A stretch of 64,000 bases of DNA, taken from NCBI RefSeq assembly GCF_006345805.1, contig NC_042997.1:138446001-138510000 (forward strand). Direction: 5' to 3'. Within the stretch, counting starts at the first letter, position 1. Every line of letters starts with the position of its first letter. The notes beneath the pieces were generated by a model, which had not been told where the DNA came from, ran no database searches, and saw only the letters and a list, made by a program, of their open reading frames with translations. This stretch comes from Octopus sinensis. Its lineage: Eukaryota. Below, in pieces: positions 52,281 through 63,453 of this stretch. The position numbers and the translations under genes were made by a program.

Positions 52281-52866
52281 TTAGTCCTTTAACGCTTAAC
52301 CTGGCCATATCTGGCCCAAATGCTCTGTTTGTTTTATGTTCAAACTGACCAAATCTAGCCATTACACCTATCTTACAATGTTTATCTAAAAATAAACAAT
52401 CACAACACTGAGATAATGCTTGATTAGGCGCAGGAGTGGCTGTGTGGTAAGTAGCTTGCTAACCAACCACATGGTTCCGGGTTCAGTCCCACTGCATGGC
52501 ATCTTGGGCAAGTGTCTTCTGCTATAGCCTCGGGCCGACCAAAGCCTTGTCAGTGGATTTGGTAGACGGAAAATGAAAGAAGCCCGTCGTATATATGTAT
52601 ATATATATAAGTGTGTGTGTCTGTGTTTGTCCCCCTAGCATTGCTTGACAACCGATGCTGGTGTGTTTACGTCCCCGTCACTTAGCGGTTCGGCAAAAGA
52701 GACCAATAAGAATAAGTACCGGGCTTACAAAGAATAAGACCCGGGGTCGATTTGCTCGACTAAAGGCGGTGCTCCAGCATGGCCGCAGTCAAATGACTGA
52801 AACAAGTAAAAGAGAGTAATAAATAAGCATTGCATTTAACAGAGCTGTCTGAATGCAAAGGGTTAA
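52281..52866 (-). mobile_element. MITE family P1 copy interrupted by a young SINE A
   Basis: P1 sequence on both sides of 52426-52817, ending ctgaatgcaaagggttaa. Confidence 0.75.
52426..52817 (+). mobile_element. SINE family A, young copy
   Basis: aggcgcaggagtggctgtgtgg...atgactgaaacaagtaaaagag. Confidence 0.9.
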
Positions 52867-52921
52867 GACGGTTCAAATGGCTATTCCAAGATGTAATTGT
52901 AGTTTAACTACTAATAACCTA

Positions 52922-53110
52922 TTAATGTTGGTTTCAAATTTTGACACAAGGCCAGCCATTTTAGGAGAGGGACAAGCTGATTACATCAACCTCAGTGTTC
53001 AACTTGTACTTATTTTACTGATCCTCTCCGCAGATGATGGAAGGCAAAATTAACCTAGGCAGAACTTGAGCTTAAAGAATAAAGAACTTGAAGAAATACA
53101 GCTAAGCATT
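52922..53110 (-). mobile_element. SINE C copy
   Basis: ggtttcaaattttgacacaaggccagcc...gctaagcattttgtcc. Confidence 0.7.
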
Positions 53111-53484
53111 TTGTCCAACTTGGTAAAAGTTCTGCTAGATCGCTGCCTTATGTTAAGCCAGTAATATTGGAGCTAAAAGTTATGCTGTTAAGGTTACTTG
53201 ACCTAACTGGAAAAAGCAACTATATTTCTCTCATTTTATACTGCGCCCTTCTAAAAAAAAAAAAAAGGGAAGCACACATTAAATAATGCATCTAGATAAT
53301 CCAAAGAAAACTGTTGGTCAAGAATGGAATGCCTTGAGATAAAGGTCTGCTCTACTGGCGTTGATCTGGAGTTTAAAACACCACAACAACATTAGATTCA
53401 TTTCATACCATATTTCAATAAAAAAATACTGCTATTTCAATAAATTTTAAAATGATGAATTTAATAAAAAAAATGTTGTCCATA

Positions 53485-53881
53485 TTAAGCCTTTAGCATT
53501 TAAACGGACTGTAACTGGCCCTAATATTCTATGTGTCTTATGCTAAAGCTGACCAGATCCAACCTCTCATACCTACTCTACAATGTCATTCTAAAAATAT
53601 ACAATCATATCATTGACATTTTGAAGTTACAAGATGCGTGATTAATTCAAAAACAATCTAAATAAATGCGCAATACATGTGACAAAGAAATCTGAATACT
53701 AAAGAGTTAAACTGGACATACTATTAACCCTTTAGCATTTAAACTGGCCATATCTGGCCAAAATATTCTGGTTTTATATCATTGAAATCTCAAATCTTCA
53801 AGAAAATGGATGACTAATTCAAATGAATGTGAATAAATAAGTATTACATTTGATAAAGTAATCTGAATGCTAAAAGGTTAA
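53485..53881 (-). mobile_element. Two adjacent MITE family P1 copies (53485-53710 and 53724-53881)
   Basis: Each begins ttaa(g/c)cctttagcatttaaac and ends ctgaat(a/g)ctaaa(g/a)...ttaa. The second copy is internally deleted. Confidence 0.75.
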
Positions 53882-54204
53882 AATGAAATTTTAATGGAAA
53901 GTTTTAGTTTAGACTGCTTTAAATCATGGAATTTATATCATCAGGGGTGTCGTGAGTGGGTGGATATAGACGGGACTAAATGATGATTTCTCGCAACAGC
54001 TCAAAGTTATATGTAGAAGGCGTGTAGGGTTAACTGGATCATAAATACCAGTCAATCACCACTCACTGGCATTTATTCTGCTAACCCTGGAGAGATGAAA
54101 AGTAATGTTCATACCTACCGAGATTTGAACTTAGAACATGAATTTATTTTAGAGCAACTACTAGAGAGATACTCGGAAAATGAAAAAAAAATTCTATGTG
54201 TGAT

Positions 54205-54550
54205 GTAAAAAAAAGGGTAATGAACCCCTTTGGTCATGAATGACCATGGGATTCTACCTAGAAAGTTTCCCTCCAAGGCACAAGTCTGGGCAAGGTTTAT
54301 GGATGACCAGCAATCACCCATGAATACCAGCCCCCCCTCTCCATACCACTGATGTTCCAAGAGAAAGACAACGGCTGATGCAACTTGGCACCAGTGATGT
54401 CACAACTCGTTTCTATAGCTGAGTGAACTGGAGCAACATGAAATAAAGTGTTGTGCTTAAAGAACACAACACAGCCTAGTTCAAGATTTGAACTCACTAC
54501 CTCATGATTGTGAGCCTGACGCTCTAACCGCTGAACCATGCATCTTCACA
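54205..54550 (-). mobile_element. SINE family E (tRNA-derived, CORE-like centre)
   Basis: Minus strand: tggttcagcggttagagcgtcaggctcacaatc...gagttcaaatc, then gtgttctttaagcacaacactttatttcatgttgctccagttcactcagc. Confidence 0.75.
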
Positions 54551-55758
54551 TGTGTGATAATGGAGGAGTAAGTGATGGTAGTGGTGGTGGCGGGTGACAG
54601 AGTATGGTGAGTGTCGATGGAGACAACACTAAGGGAATGAGGAATAATGATGATGATGATAATGAAGGCATTGATGGTAGTATGGTGCAGGAGGTGGACT
54701 GGAAAAACATGACACCAATGATAATATAGCAATGGCATTGATAAGGTAGGTGGCAGGTGATGAAGGTTTAGGGTGTAGAGGAAAAGTGGGTGTTGGTAAT
54801 GATAACGTTGATGTTATTGGTGGTGATGGTATGGAAGATATGTGAAAGATAACAACAAAACCTCAACGATAAGATTGATAAGAGATAGGGGGGAGAGAGG
54901 GGTAGTGGTGGTAAAATTATTTTACATTTAATTATAAAGAGAGCAAAAGATGAAAAATATAGAGATATGTGGTTGTGTGAGTATACATGGATTGGGGTGA
55001 GGAGCTAATGAGAATAGTAAGAAAACAAAAGTTTCAATCACTTGTTACCAAACAATTAAAGAACAATTCTCTGGAAGACTCTAACAATATTGGTTGATCT
55101 ACAAATTACATCCTGCCAGGATAATAAACAAAAAAAAAAAAAGGAATACAATAGATACGTAAAAAGATGGGATGACAGTCGAGACTAGAATGGCGTTGAT
55201 TTTTTTTATTTTGCTGAATCTAGAGGAAGGGACATTGCCCATGACCTTTGTTAACCATCTCAAGATCAAGTGAGCACCTGGACACTGTTAAATTGCTGCA
55301 AGTCAATTTCTGCAGGAAAAGACATGAGCAAGGAGAAAATTCTAGAGAGAAGATTTTTGGGGGAGGAGATGGAGAAAGGATTGGGCAGAATGGTGTTGCG
55401 AAGGTTTGGACACACCAAAAGTGACAAGAAGTGGAAAGATGAGAGAGCCAGAGGTATCTGAGTAGTGGAGGTACGAGACCATCTAGCTCATAGGAAAAGT
55501 GGACATTATAGTAGTGACAGGAGAGAGAGAAAGAAAACCTGATGGATCAGTGCTGACCTGAGGTTAAATAACAACAGCCACAAGATCTTGCACTGTCACT
55601 AAAACACAATAGAATGTAATTCCCACCCATCCATCCATTACTGCCCATAAATAACAAAAGAACAATAATCAAAGAAAGAACAAACAAACTCACCCCATGC
55701 CATAGAGGTCACAGCCTCAAAACCCACAGAACCCCAAAACACAAAAACTGATACTTAC

Positions 55759-56151
55759 TTACTTTCAGCTGAAAGTCAAGATACAATGTATGTCCAGTTC
55801 GCTGTTTGGGGTCCCATTTATAAATCAGCGTTAAGTTATTGGCGTGTGAGGGAAAGACTGGAGGGTCTTTGAGAAGTTTTTGGACAGGACAGATAATTCC
55901 CATACGGAATTCTTCACCACTCGTATTGCGTTCTGTAATGCTGATCTTTGGTAAACATTCCATTGAAACGGTGGAGCTGTTTGCTGGCTGCCACGGAACT
56001 TCAAAGCCACGAAGGTCAGTGAAGTTCAGTTCAATGTACACCTTTGTCTTGGCAATAATGTACAAGTCACAGGCGTGCTGATCTGTAGTGTCATACTGCT
56101 TTGAATAAACAATCAAGACACTTTTGTTGCTCAATGTCGGACCACAGTCAC
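55759..56151 (-). CDS. CUB-like domain exon
   Basis: Acceptor ctctctatttccag|GT (phase 1). Donor region AAA gtaagtaagt; the second GT gives phase 1 and 393 nt. Four Cys in CUB spacing (DCGP, ACDLYII, ECLPKISI, IICP), plus VYIELNFTDL and VFPSHANNLTLIYKWD matching CUB strands. Five N-glycosylation sequons (NKS, NFT, NSS, NTS, NLT). Confidence 0.85.
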
Positions 56152-56284
56152 CTGGAAATAGAGAGAGACAAAATAATTGAGGTGTAATGTTCAATTAAGA
56201 AGTAGTAACAAAAAGGTTTTGTTTAGACGCTAGATGCAACAGAATGAGATGTGAAAGACACGAGAGGAGGAGGAGCGAACAGGA

Positions 56285-56499
56285 TTAATCCCTTGCAAAT
56301 GGATTTGGTATTGACAGTCTGTGCTGTGTACCAATATTAGGTCTTTCAGTAACATTATTTTTCATACATGGAATTTTACAGTGTATTTACAGATTCTTCT
56401 CAGTCTGGTATATTTGAAAACACAGTGCGAGACATTGCACTGCTCACACATACAATATTTCAATGTGGTCAGTATTGCTTCCTGTCTGCAAGGGGTTAA
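56285..56499. mobile_element. TTAA-flanked MITE, family P3
   Basis: ttaa-tcccttgca ... tgcaagggg-ttaa. Confidence 0.6.
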
Positions 56500-57141
56500 G
56501 GAAAAAGGAGAAAAATCAGACAGGTTAAGATTGAAGAAGGGACAACTTATTGGGGATTAAGGAGACAGAGGAGAGATCAGATTGAGGTTTAAAGAGACAG
56601 GAAGAGGAGTAGATTGAGGGCTAAAACTGTAGAAGGAAAAGTAGACAAAAAGTTCAAAAGAGAAGATGAAAACATGATGGTTTTGTTAAAGGGGCATGAG
56701 TGGTAGATAAAAGGTTAAAGACCAAAGGGGACAGTGTAGAGCAGTGAGAAGTGATAAAGGGACAGTGTACAGCTGCAAGAAGAGATAAGGAAACAGGAAA
56801 GGGAGAAGACAGACGGAAAGAAAGAAACAGGCATCTGATGTAAGATAACTGCATTAGAAAGTATGTCTGCAAATGTATATGTGTGTATGCAAAAGCACAT
56901 GTGTGTATATTTGCATGTAAGTAATGCACCATGTACTTGTAAGCATAAATGAATGTGTTTCAGTGCACATGTACATGTCAACTGGTCTATGTGTGTAGAT
57001 GCATCTTTATCTAAGTTCAAATGTAGATGAATGTGCATGCATATAAAGATGTATGTATGTATTTGTCTACTTATCTCTCTATTTAGCTATGTAGAGATAT
57101 GATTGTGTTATTTAACATATCTGCCTATATGTGTGAGTGTC

Positions 57142-57175
<34 letters not shown>

Positions 57176-57931
57176 TGTGTGTGTGTTTGTGCTGGAATGT
57201 AGTATGTACATGTATACTTGCATAAAGATAACTATGGCTATTTACAAGTAAATGCTTGTACATGGCACACATACAAGCATATCAGAACACTATTAGACTG
57301 CGTATATGCATAAAAGCATGTAAGTGCATGCGTAATAAATCTCTGCATGTGTGAATATGAAAGAATGCATAAGTGTACACATAATAAACATGTGTCTGAA
57401 GTGTAAATGGTTAACCAGGATTGTATGTCTGCAAAGGCAAAAACAGACAAAGAAGAGCAATGGACTTAAACCATTACTAGCTAGTAATCAATAAAATCTG
57501 ATACATAGTGATATCAATAAAGCTGAGTTTCTGCTCATTCATCAATGTAACAGAGAACATACGCTGAGAGACAGCATTTTTCTGTCAATAATGTGCAACA
57601 CTTTTGGAGGTCCAATCACCTTTGAAACATACCACAAAAATTTTATAGTGCTTTTACAAGCATTAGTTGCACCACTGTGAATGTAGTAGACAGAAAACAG
57701 GGTTTTTCTCACACACACACACAATCTGTAGGTACATATATATGATGTTGAAGGCTGCTTCACAAAAAAATAAAAAATATATAAGAGGAGTACAGGCAAC
57801 ATCAATGGTTCAGTATATTATAGAGATACAGACTTGAACAACATGTATGCTGCTCCTTAAGTTATCCATAGTTTTAATGTCCAGTGACAAAGAAGTGTTA
57901 GATGACTGGTAACTGTTTGAACTACAGGTAT

Positions 57932-58105
57932 TATGAGGGGTGTTGAAAAGTTCCTGGCTTTAGGTAGAAGAAAACACAGGAGGATCAGTTAATTATGATT
58001 TTATTCAACATATTTCCCTCTCAGACTCACATACTTATTGTAGCAGTCTTTCAGGCCTTTCACAATACCCTTAAAGCCAGGAACTTTTCAGCATCCCCTT
58101 GTGTA
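57932..58105. mobile_element. Mariner-type MITE
   Basis: TIRs tatgaggggtgttgaaaagttcctggcttta / taaagccaggaacttttcagcatccccttgtgta with TA ends. Confidence 0.75.
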
Positions 58106-58271
58106 TCAGGGAGATCTCTTCAAGAGTTTTTGATAAAAGGATGCCCACAATACAATTCAATAAGAGGTATATTTTTGTATTTTCTCCTAGATCTTTTACT
58201 GCATGCCAAAACGCAAACCTGGGTATCTTCGAGCTCCACCCACTGTCTGTCTGTCTATCTATCAATCCATC

Positions 58272-58443
58272 TAAGCTGTAATGATGAAGTCAAACCAAAT
58301 AGTGATGTTTTGAAATCGTTTAATATGCACAATATAATGCATCACTTACATAAACCTTCCTCAGTTAAAACATCTCAAAATACAAAGGATATTAAATGAT
58401 TTCAAAATATCACTATTTGGTTTGACTTCATTATTGTAACTTA
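58272..58443. mobile_element. MITE with ~55-bp inverted arms
   Basis: taagctgtaatgatgaagtcaaaccaaatagtgatgttttgaaatcgtttaatat / atattaaatgatttcaaaatatcactatttggtttgacttcattattgtaactta. Confidence 0.75.
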
Positions 58444-58836
58444 TGTGATTCAATGCCAGTACAGACTAGCCAGGCCAGATTCCACTTATGTGAGAATTCT
58501 AGCAACGATTTGGAGTAGCTGAATATTCTGGTACTGTGTAGTGCTTCCTAGTGTGCCAACAGTAGGGTATGTGACCTAGTTGTTAGCATGTTGCACACGT
58601 AATGATAAGGTCGTGATTTTGATACCCAGACTTTTCTTACCCAGGCTTGTTGTGTTCATGAGCAAAACACTTCATCACACATCGCTCTGTGATCACTTTG
58701 ACATCTGAAATGTGACACACTGTGCATCTGTACAGCACAAACATTGTATCACTATAAACAAATCATCTGTGCAGGTTGTTCAGCAAGGAATTGCAGAACC
58801 ATCTTTTTCAAACTTGAGAGGCTACCATTAATGTAT

Positions 58837-58872
<36 letters not shown>

Positions 58873-58892
58873 ATATATATTATATATATATA

Positions 58893-58932
<40 letters not shown>

Positions 58933-59029
58933 TATATATATAACTAAAGGTGGTGGTCCAGCATGGCTGCAGTCAAATGACTGAAACAAGTAAAAAAATA
59001 TATGTGTGTTTTTTCATCTTTCTTTTCGT

Positions 59030-59330
59030 TCTTTTTACTTGTTTCAATCATCAGACTGTGGCCATACTGGGGTACTGCCTTGAAGAATTTTAGTCAAACG
59101 AATCAACCTAGTACTTTTTTTTTTAAATCTGATACTTTGGGGGACACATACATAAAGATACACACACAATGATGGGTCTCTTTCGGTTTCCATTTCTCAA
59201 TCTATTCACAAGGCTTTGGTTGGCCCGATGCTATAGTAGAAGGCACTTGCCTAAGGTGCCACACACTGAAACTGAAGCAAGAACCATGTGGTTGGGAAGC
59301 AAGCTTTTTACCATACAACCATGCCTGCGT
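59030..59330 (-). mobile_element. SINE family A, older copy with internal deletion
   Basis: ttttacttgtttcaatcatcagactgtggcc...ccatgtggttgggaagcaagc. Confidence 0.7.
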
Positions 59331-59835
59331 GTGTATACGTTGCGTGCGCACACACACACAGTATGAATAAATATAAATGCCATCATCATTTCAAAATTTA
59401 CTTTTCCATGCTTGCATGGGCCAGACAGAGATAAACGAAGCAGATGCCCTCAATGTCACCAACCCTTATTTGTTTTCAAACAAGGTAATATTTTCCCATA
59501 GTCAGACATCTTTCTGCAGAGTACTGGAAATGTATGATACCCCTTATATAACAATGACTCATTTACAACTATCATGCGATGTCAAGACAAACACAACACA
59601 CAATCAAATGACAAATGTTTGTATGACAGTGATATTTATTTATCACACAGCACCACAAACACACACACACATATAAAGAGCTTCATTCAGTCTCTTTGTG
59701 CCAAACCCACATTCAGGCATAGCTTTCTGGTAAAGTGTTCTATACTACAGTCAGAGGCCAACCAAATCCTTGTGAGTAGATGGAAATTGTATCTTTAATT
59801 GTCTGAAGACCCTGCGTACCTACAGGCAAAAACAC

Positions 59836-59905
<70 letters not shown>

Positions 59906-59944
59906 CACACACACACACATACATATAGATATATACATGTATAT

Positions 59945-60375
59945 ATCATCACAATCATTGTTTAATGTCTGCTTTCCATGCTGGCATGAGTTGGATGGTT
60001 TGACTGAGGACTGGTGAGCCAGAAGCGGCACCAGGCTCAATCTGATCTGGCAAAGTTTCTACAGTTGGATGCCCTTCCTAATACCAACCACTCTGAGAGA
60101 GTAGTGGGTGCTTTTACGTGACAGTGGCATAAGCGCCAGTCAGGCGGTTCTGGAAATGACCATGCTCAAAAGGTGTTTTTTATGTGTACCTGCACAAGAG
60201 CCAGTCCAGCGGCACTGGCAACAACCATGCTCTAATGTCGCTTTTCACGTGCCACAGGCACTTGTGCTGGTAGGGCGACTGTGGTAACGATCACGCTCGA
60301 ATGGTGCTTTTCACATGCCATTGACACAGGAGTCAATCTGTGGCCCTGACAACGATCACGCTTGGATGTGCTTTT
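59945..60375 (-). mobile_element. SINE-like family B copy
   Basis: atcatcacaatcattgtttaatgtc...gcccttcctaataccaaccactc...multiple ggtgcttttcacgtgcc units. Confidence 0.8.
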
Positions 60376-60379
60376 AATG

Positions 60380-60530
60380 TTCAACTTTCGCCACAACTTT
60401 CTCTCACTCTCTCTTCCTGTTTCTTGAGTAACGTAGCAATGGACTGGCGGCCTGTCCAGCTGGGGGGAATACATACGTCACAGAAACCGGGCCCATGAGC
60501 CTGGCTACGCTTGAAAAGGGCGATGTTTAT
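60380..60530 (+). mobile_element. 3' half of the V-like SINE
   Basis: caactttctctcactc...atggactggcggcctgtccagc...gaaaagggcgatgtttatc, matching 19005-19146. Confidence 0.8.
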
Positions 60531-60534
60531 CATT

Positions 60535-60743
60535 ATATATATATGCATAAATGTATATATGTATATATATATATATATGTTTGTGTGTATATATATATGT
60601 GTGTGTATATATATATGTGTGTGTATATATATATATGTGTGTGTGTGTGTGTATATATATATGTGTGTATATATATATGTGTGTGTGTGTGTATATATAT
60701 ATATGTGTGTGTGTGTGTATATATATGTGTGTATATATATATA

Positions 60744-60793
<50 letters not shown>

Positions 60794-60923
60794 CACGCAC
60801 ACACAATGTTTACATCTACATACATATATGTATATATATACATATACGTATACATATGTTTTCATTACATATGACAAGTGTTTCAACACATGTAGCATCA
60901 ATCCCTCATGGAATATACATATG

Positions 60924-60959
<36 letters not shown>

Positions 60960-60960
60960 T
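60535..60960. repeat. Compound (TG)n(TA)n microsatellite field
   Basis: Direct reading. Confidence 0.9.
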
Positions 60961-60994
60961 CATTACAACGTAGTAACTCACATGTTTACACTTG

Positions 60995-61090
60995 TTTAAA
61001 ATTTTACTTGAAGATGGTAGGTTTCTTCTCTGATGTAATCTATGAATACTTCAATAATGTTCTACCAAGACAACTGTCATAAATTTTAAA
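60995..61090 (+). pseudogene. Decayed hammerhead ribozyme motif with long stem II loop
   Basis: tttaaaattttac-TTGAAGAt-GGTAG...CTACC-aaga-CAACTG-TC-ataaattttaaa. ~12-bp stem I, GGTAG/CTACC stem II, near-palindromic stem III and GUC site. C3 and GAAA are mutated. Confidence 0.5.
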
Positions 61091-61522
61091 CCCAATTAGT
61101 GTTTTGTTTTTTACACACATTTATAATTGGTTAGGTATGAAATTGCAGTTGACCCGCTGGCCTGCTAACAGATGAGTAGTTGGCATCCATCTATGTCTGT
61201 TTCCCATTTGTGCATTTATTATATATTTTTTACTCACTGTATACATATATAAATTTAATACACAACTGAAAGGTTTTAATACACTGGTTGTGTATTAAAT
61301 TGATATTTATCTCTCATTGGATGGAGTAGTTTTCTTTGTTGAGTCTATTGTATATGTAAACTATATATATACCTATCCTACCAAGAACTCAAAACGACCT
61401 CGAACACACAAGTGCAAACAAGGGAGTCAGAGAAAGGCAGAATGCTACTTATATCTGAACACTACTACAGAAATATTCTTTTAAAAAAACTTTTCTTCTA
61501 ATTTTTCTAAATTTAATTATTT

Positions 61523-61575
61523 AATCGTTACAGTTGAAAAGGTCTCAAAATGACCGAAACCGGTACTGAAAGATT
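61523..61575 (+). ncRNA. Minimal type I hammerhead ribozyme motif (U3:A8 core variant), Penelope-associated type
   Basis: aatcgttaCAG-TTGAAAA-GGTC tcaaaat GACC-GAA-A CCGG T A-CTGaaagatt. Stem I CAG/CTG extends with tt/aa and aatc/gatt. 4-bp stem II, G12A13A14, one-bp stem III capped by palindromic CCGG, cleavage triplet GUA after 61565. Confidence 0.7.
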
Positions 61576-61617
61576 CACTATAAAATTATCTTAGCATTTT
61601 CTATTTTTGACTTGTTT

Positions 61618-61650
<33 letters not shown>

Positions 61651-61800
61651 CGGTTTAAGTAATTGAGGTTCAAGTGAATTCTAATGAATTCACATGAATA
61701 AGGTCCTTAACTAGGATGCACCGGAAATCTATAAGGTGTTAACCATACGACAAGTGGGGTGATTACAAATAGGAAAAAAGCAATCCATTCTTGTTGCTTT

Positions 61801-61839
<39 letters not shown>

Positions 61840-61921
61840 CAAAATTTAGAGGACTGACCACTAAAAGTGGACAGCCTATATGCTAAACAGATGTCAAATT
61901 GCCATTACCACGAAGAATGTG

Positions 61922-62042
61922 TTCTCAAGAAAAATCTCAGCAAAAAACCAAAATGGAAAAATAAGCAAACAAATGAAAAAATATGAAATAAAAAACAATT
62001 ACCTATGTACCATTGTTTTTTTGCTGAGATTTTTCTTGAGAA
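61922..62042. repeat. Inverted repeat, ~27-bp arms
   Basis: ttctcaagaaaaatctcagcaaaaaa / ttttttgctgagatttttcttgagaa. Confidence 0.75.
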
Positions 62043-62696
62043 TATATATATATATATAGTGTCCATATGTAATGTCTATACATATTATATACATAGGTAG
62101 GTGCAGACAAGAATGTGTGGGTAAGAAGTTAGCTTTCCAACCATATGGTTTTGGGTTTGGTCTCACAGCATGGCACCTTGGGTGAATGTCAACTACATGA
62201 GGTTTGTGCTGACCGAAGCCTTGAGTGAATTTGGAAGATTGTGACGTGTATGTATGTGTGAAAGTGCTTGTGCTTTCTTAGACATAGTGCACATATATAA
62301 TGTACACAAACGCATGACTGCAGTGTTCAAAATTTAGCTTTGCAACCACATTTTCTGGCTCTGTACAACACCTCAAGCAAGGACATTTTACTATAGCCCT
62401 GGGCTGAACTGAACATAACCAGTGGGAATGATTTGATAGGTGGTAACTGAAAGAAATCTGTTACTTATATGCGCACGCGCGCACACACCTGTATGTATGC
62501 ATGTATATAATTCTTTGTATGCAAAGTATGTATTTGTTATCAATAAATTCGTTTTTGACTTTTAAATAAGAGTTTTAGTCTATTTGGCTCTATAAATATT
62601 CTGTCAAACTCTCTTTTTTCACCAAGTGTAAAAACTAACACATTTTTTGTGCACATTCTTTTGTTGTCCATTATTTTCATTTGTTTATTTGAATTG

Positions 62697-62727
<31 letters not shown>

Positions 62728-62824
62728 AAGATAAGCTTACTTGGAAATGGATGTGTGGCATTCAATGAAATAATATAAAATATACATATATATATATATA
62801 TATATACATACACACACACACATG

Positions 62825-63321
62825 CATATATGGGTACAGGATGTCATCAACAGTAAGCAACATGAAATATGATTTTCTATCTGTCTCTCCCCTTCTTTCT
62901 CCTTTTCTTTCTCTTGTTGCTCACACGTGATCATTGTCCATCTTTCTTTTCTTTCAGGACTGGACATATCCGATCTCTCTCTTCTATCGTTTCTACTTTA
63001 CCCTCGTTCTGGTCTAATGACCTTCCATATTGTTTTCATTTGGTTTCCTTGTATGCCTCCACTGACTTGTTTTTGGTCCCATCTTTGACCCTCCATGAAT
63101 CCCAAATTTTATTTTGGTACTTATGGGAGCAACCGTCTTCGAAGACACATGTTGTTGGTCAATGCTCGAAATGAGGAGTAGATAGCCGGCAACTGAGGAA
63201 GGGTCGTTCTTTATGTTACTTGTCCAGTTTTCCATTTATTTCTTATGTTGTTTGCTTATTGAACTCATTTGTTTTCGTATTTCATGTTGTTTACTGTTAG
63301 TGACGTCCTGTACCCATATAT
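62825..63321. mobile_element. Element with ~48-bp inverted ends inserted in microsatellite
   Basis: catatatgggtacaggatgtcatcaacagtaagcaacatgaaatatga / tcgtatttcatgttgtttactgttagtgacgtcctgtacccatatata. Confidence 0.7.
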
Positions 63322-63356
63322 ACATATGTCTATCTGTCTGTCTGTCTCTCTGTCTG

Positions 63357-63398
<42 letters not shown>

Positions 63399-63453
63399 CA
63401 CAACCAAAGAGTGGCTTATTAGCAATTAGAAACCTAAAGGCAAAATTAATAGA

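Noticed and set aside
57542-57805. MLPVLLLYIFYFF... as the missing signal-peptide exon
   Set aside because: No phase-1 donor after the hydrophobic stretch, and it runs into a (GT)n tract. The true 5' exon is probably outside the window.
63160-63215. GAAA...CTGAGGA as a type II hammerhead
   Set aside because: Stem I cannot close next to the core and stem II pairing is weak.
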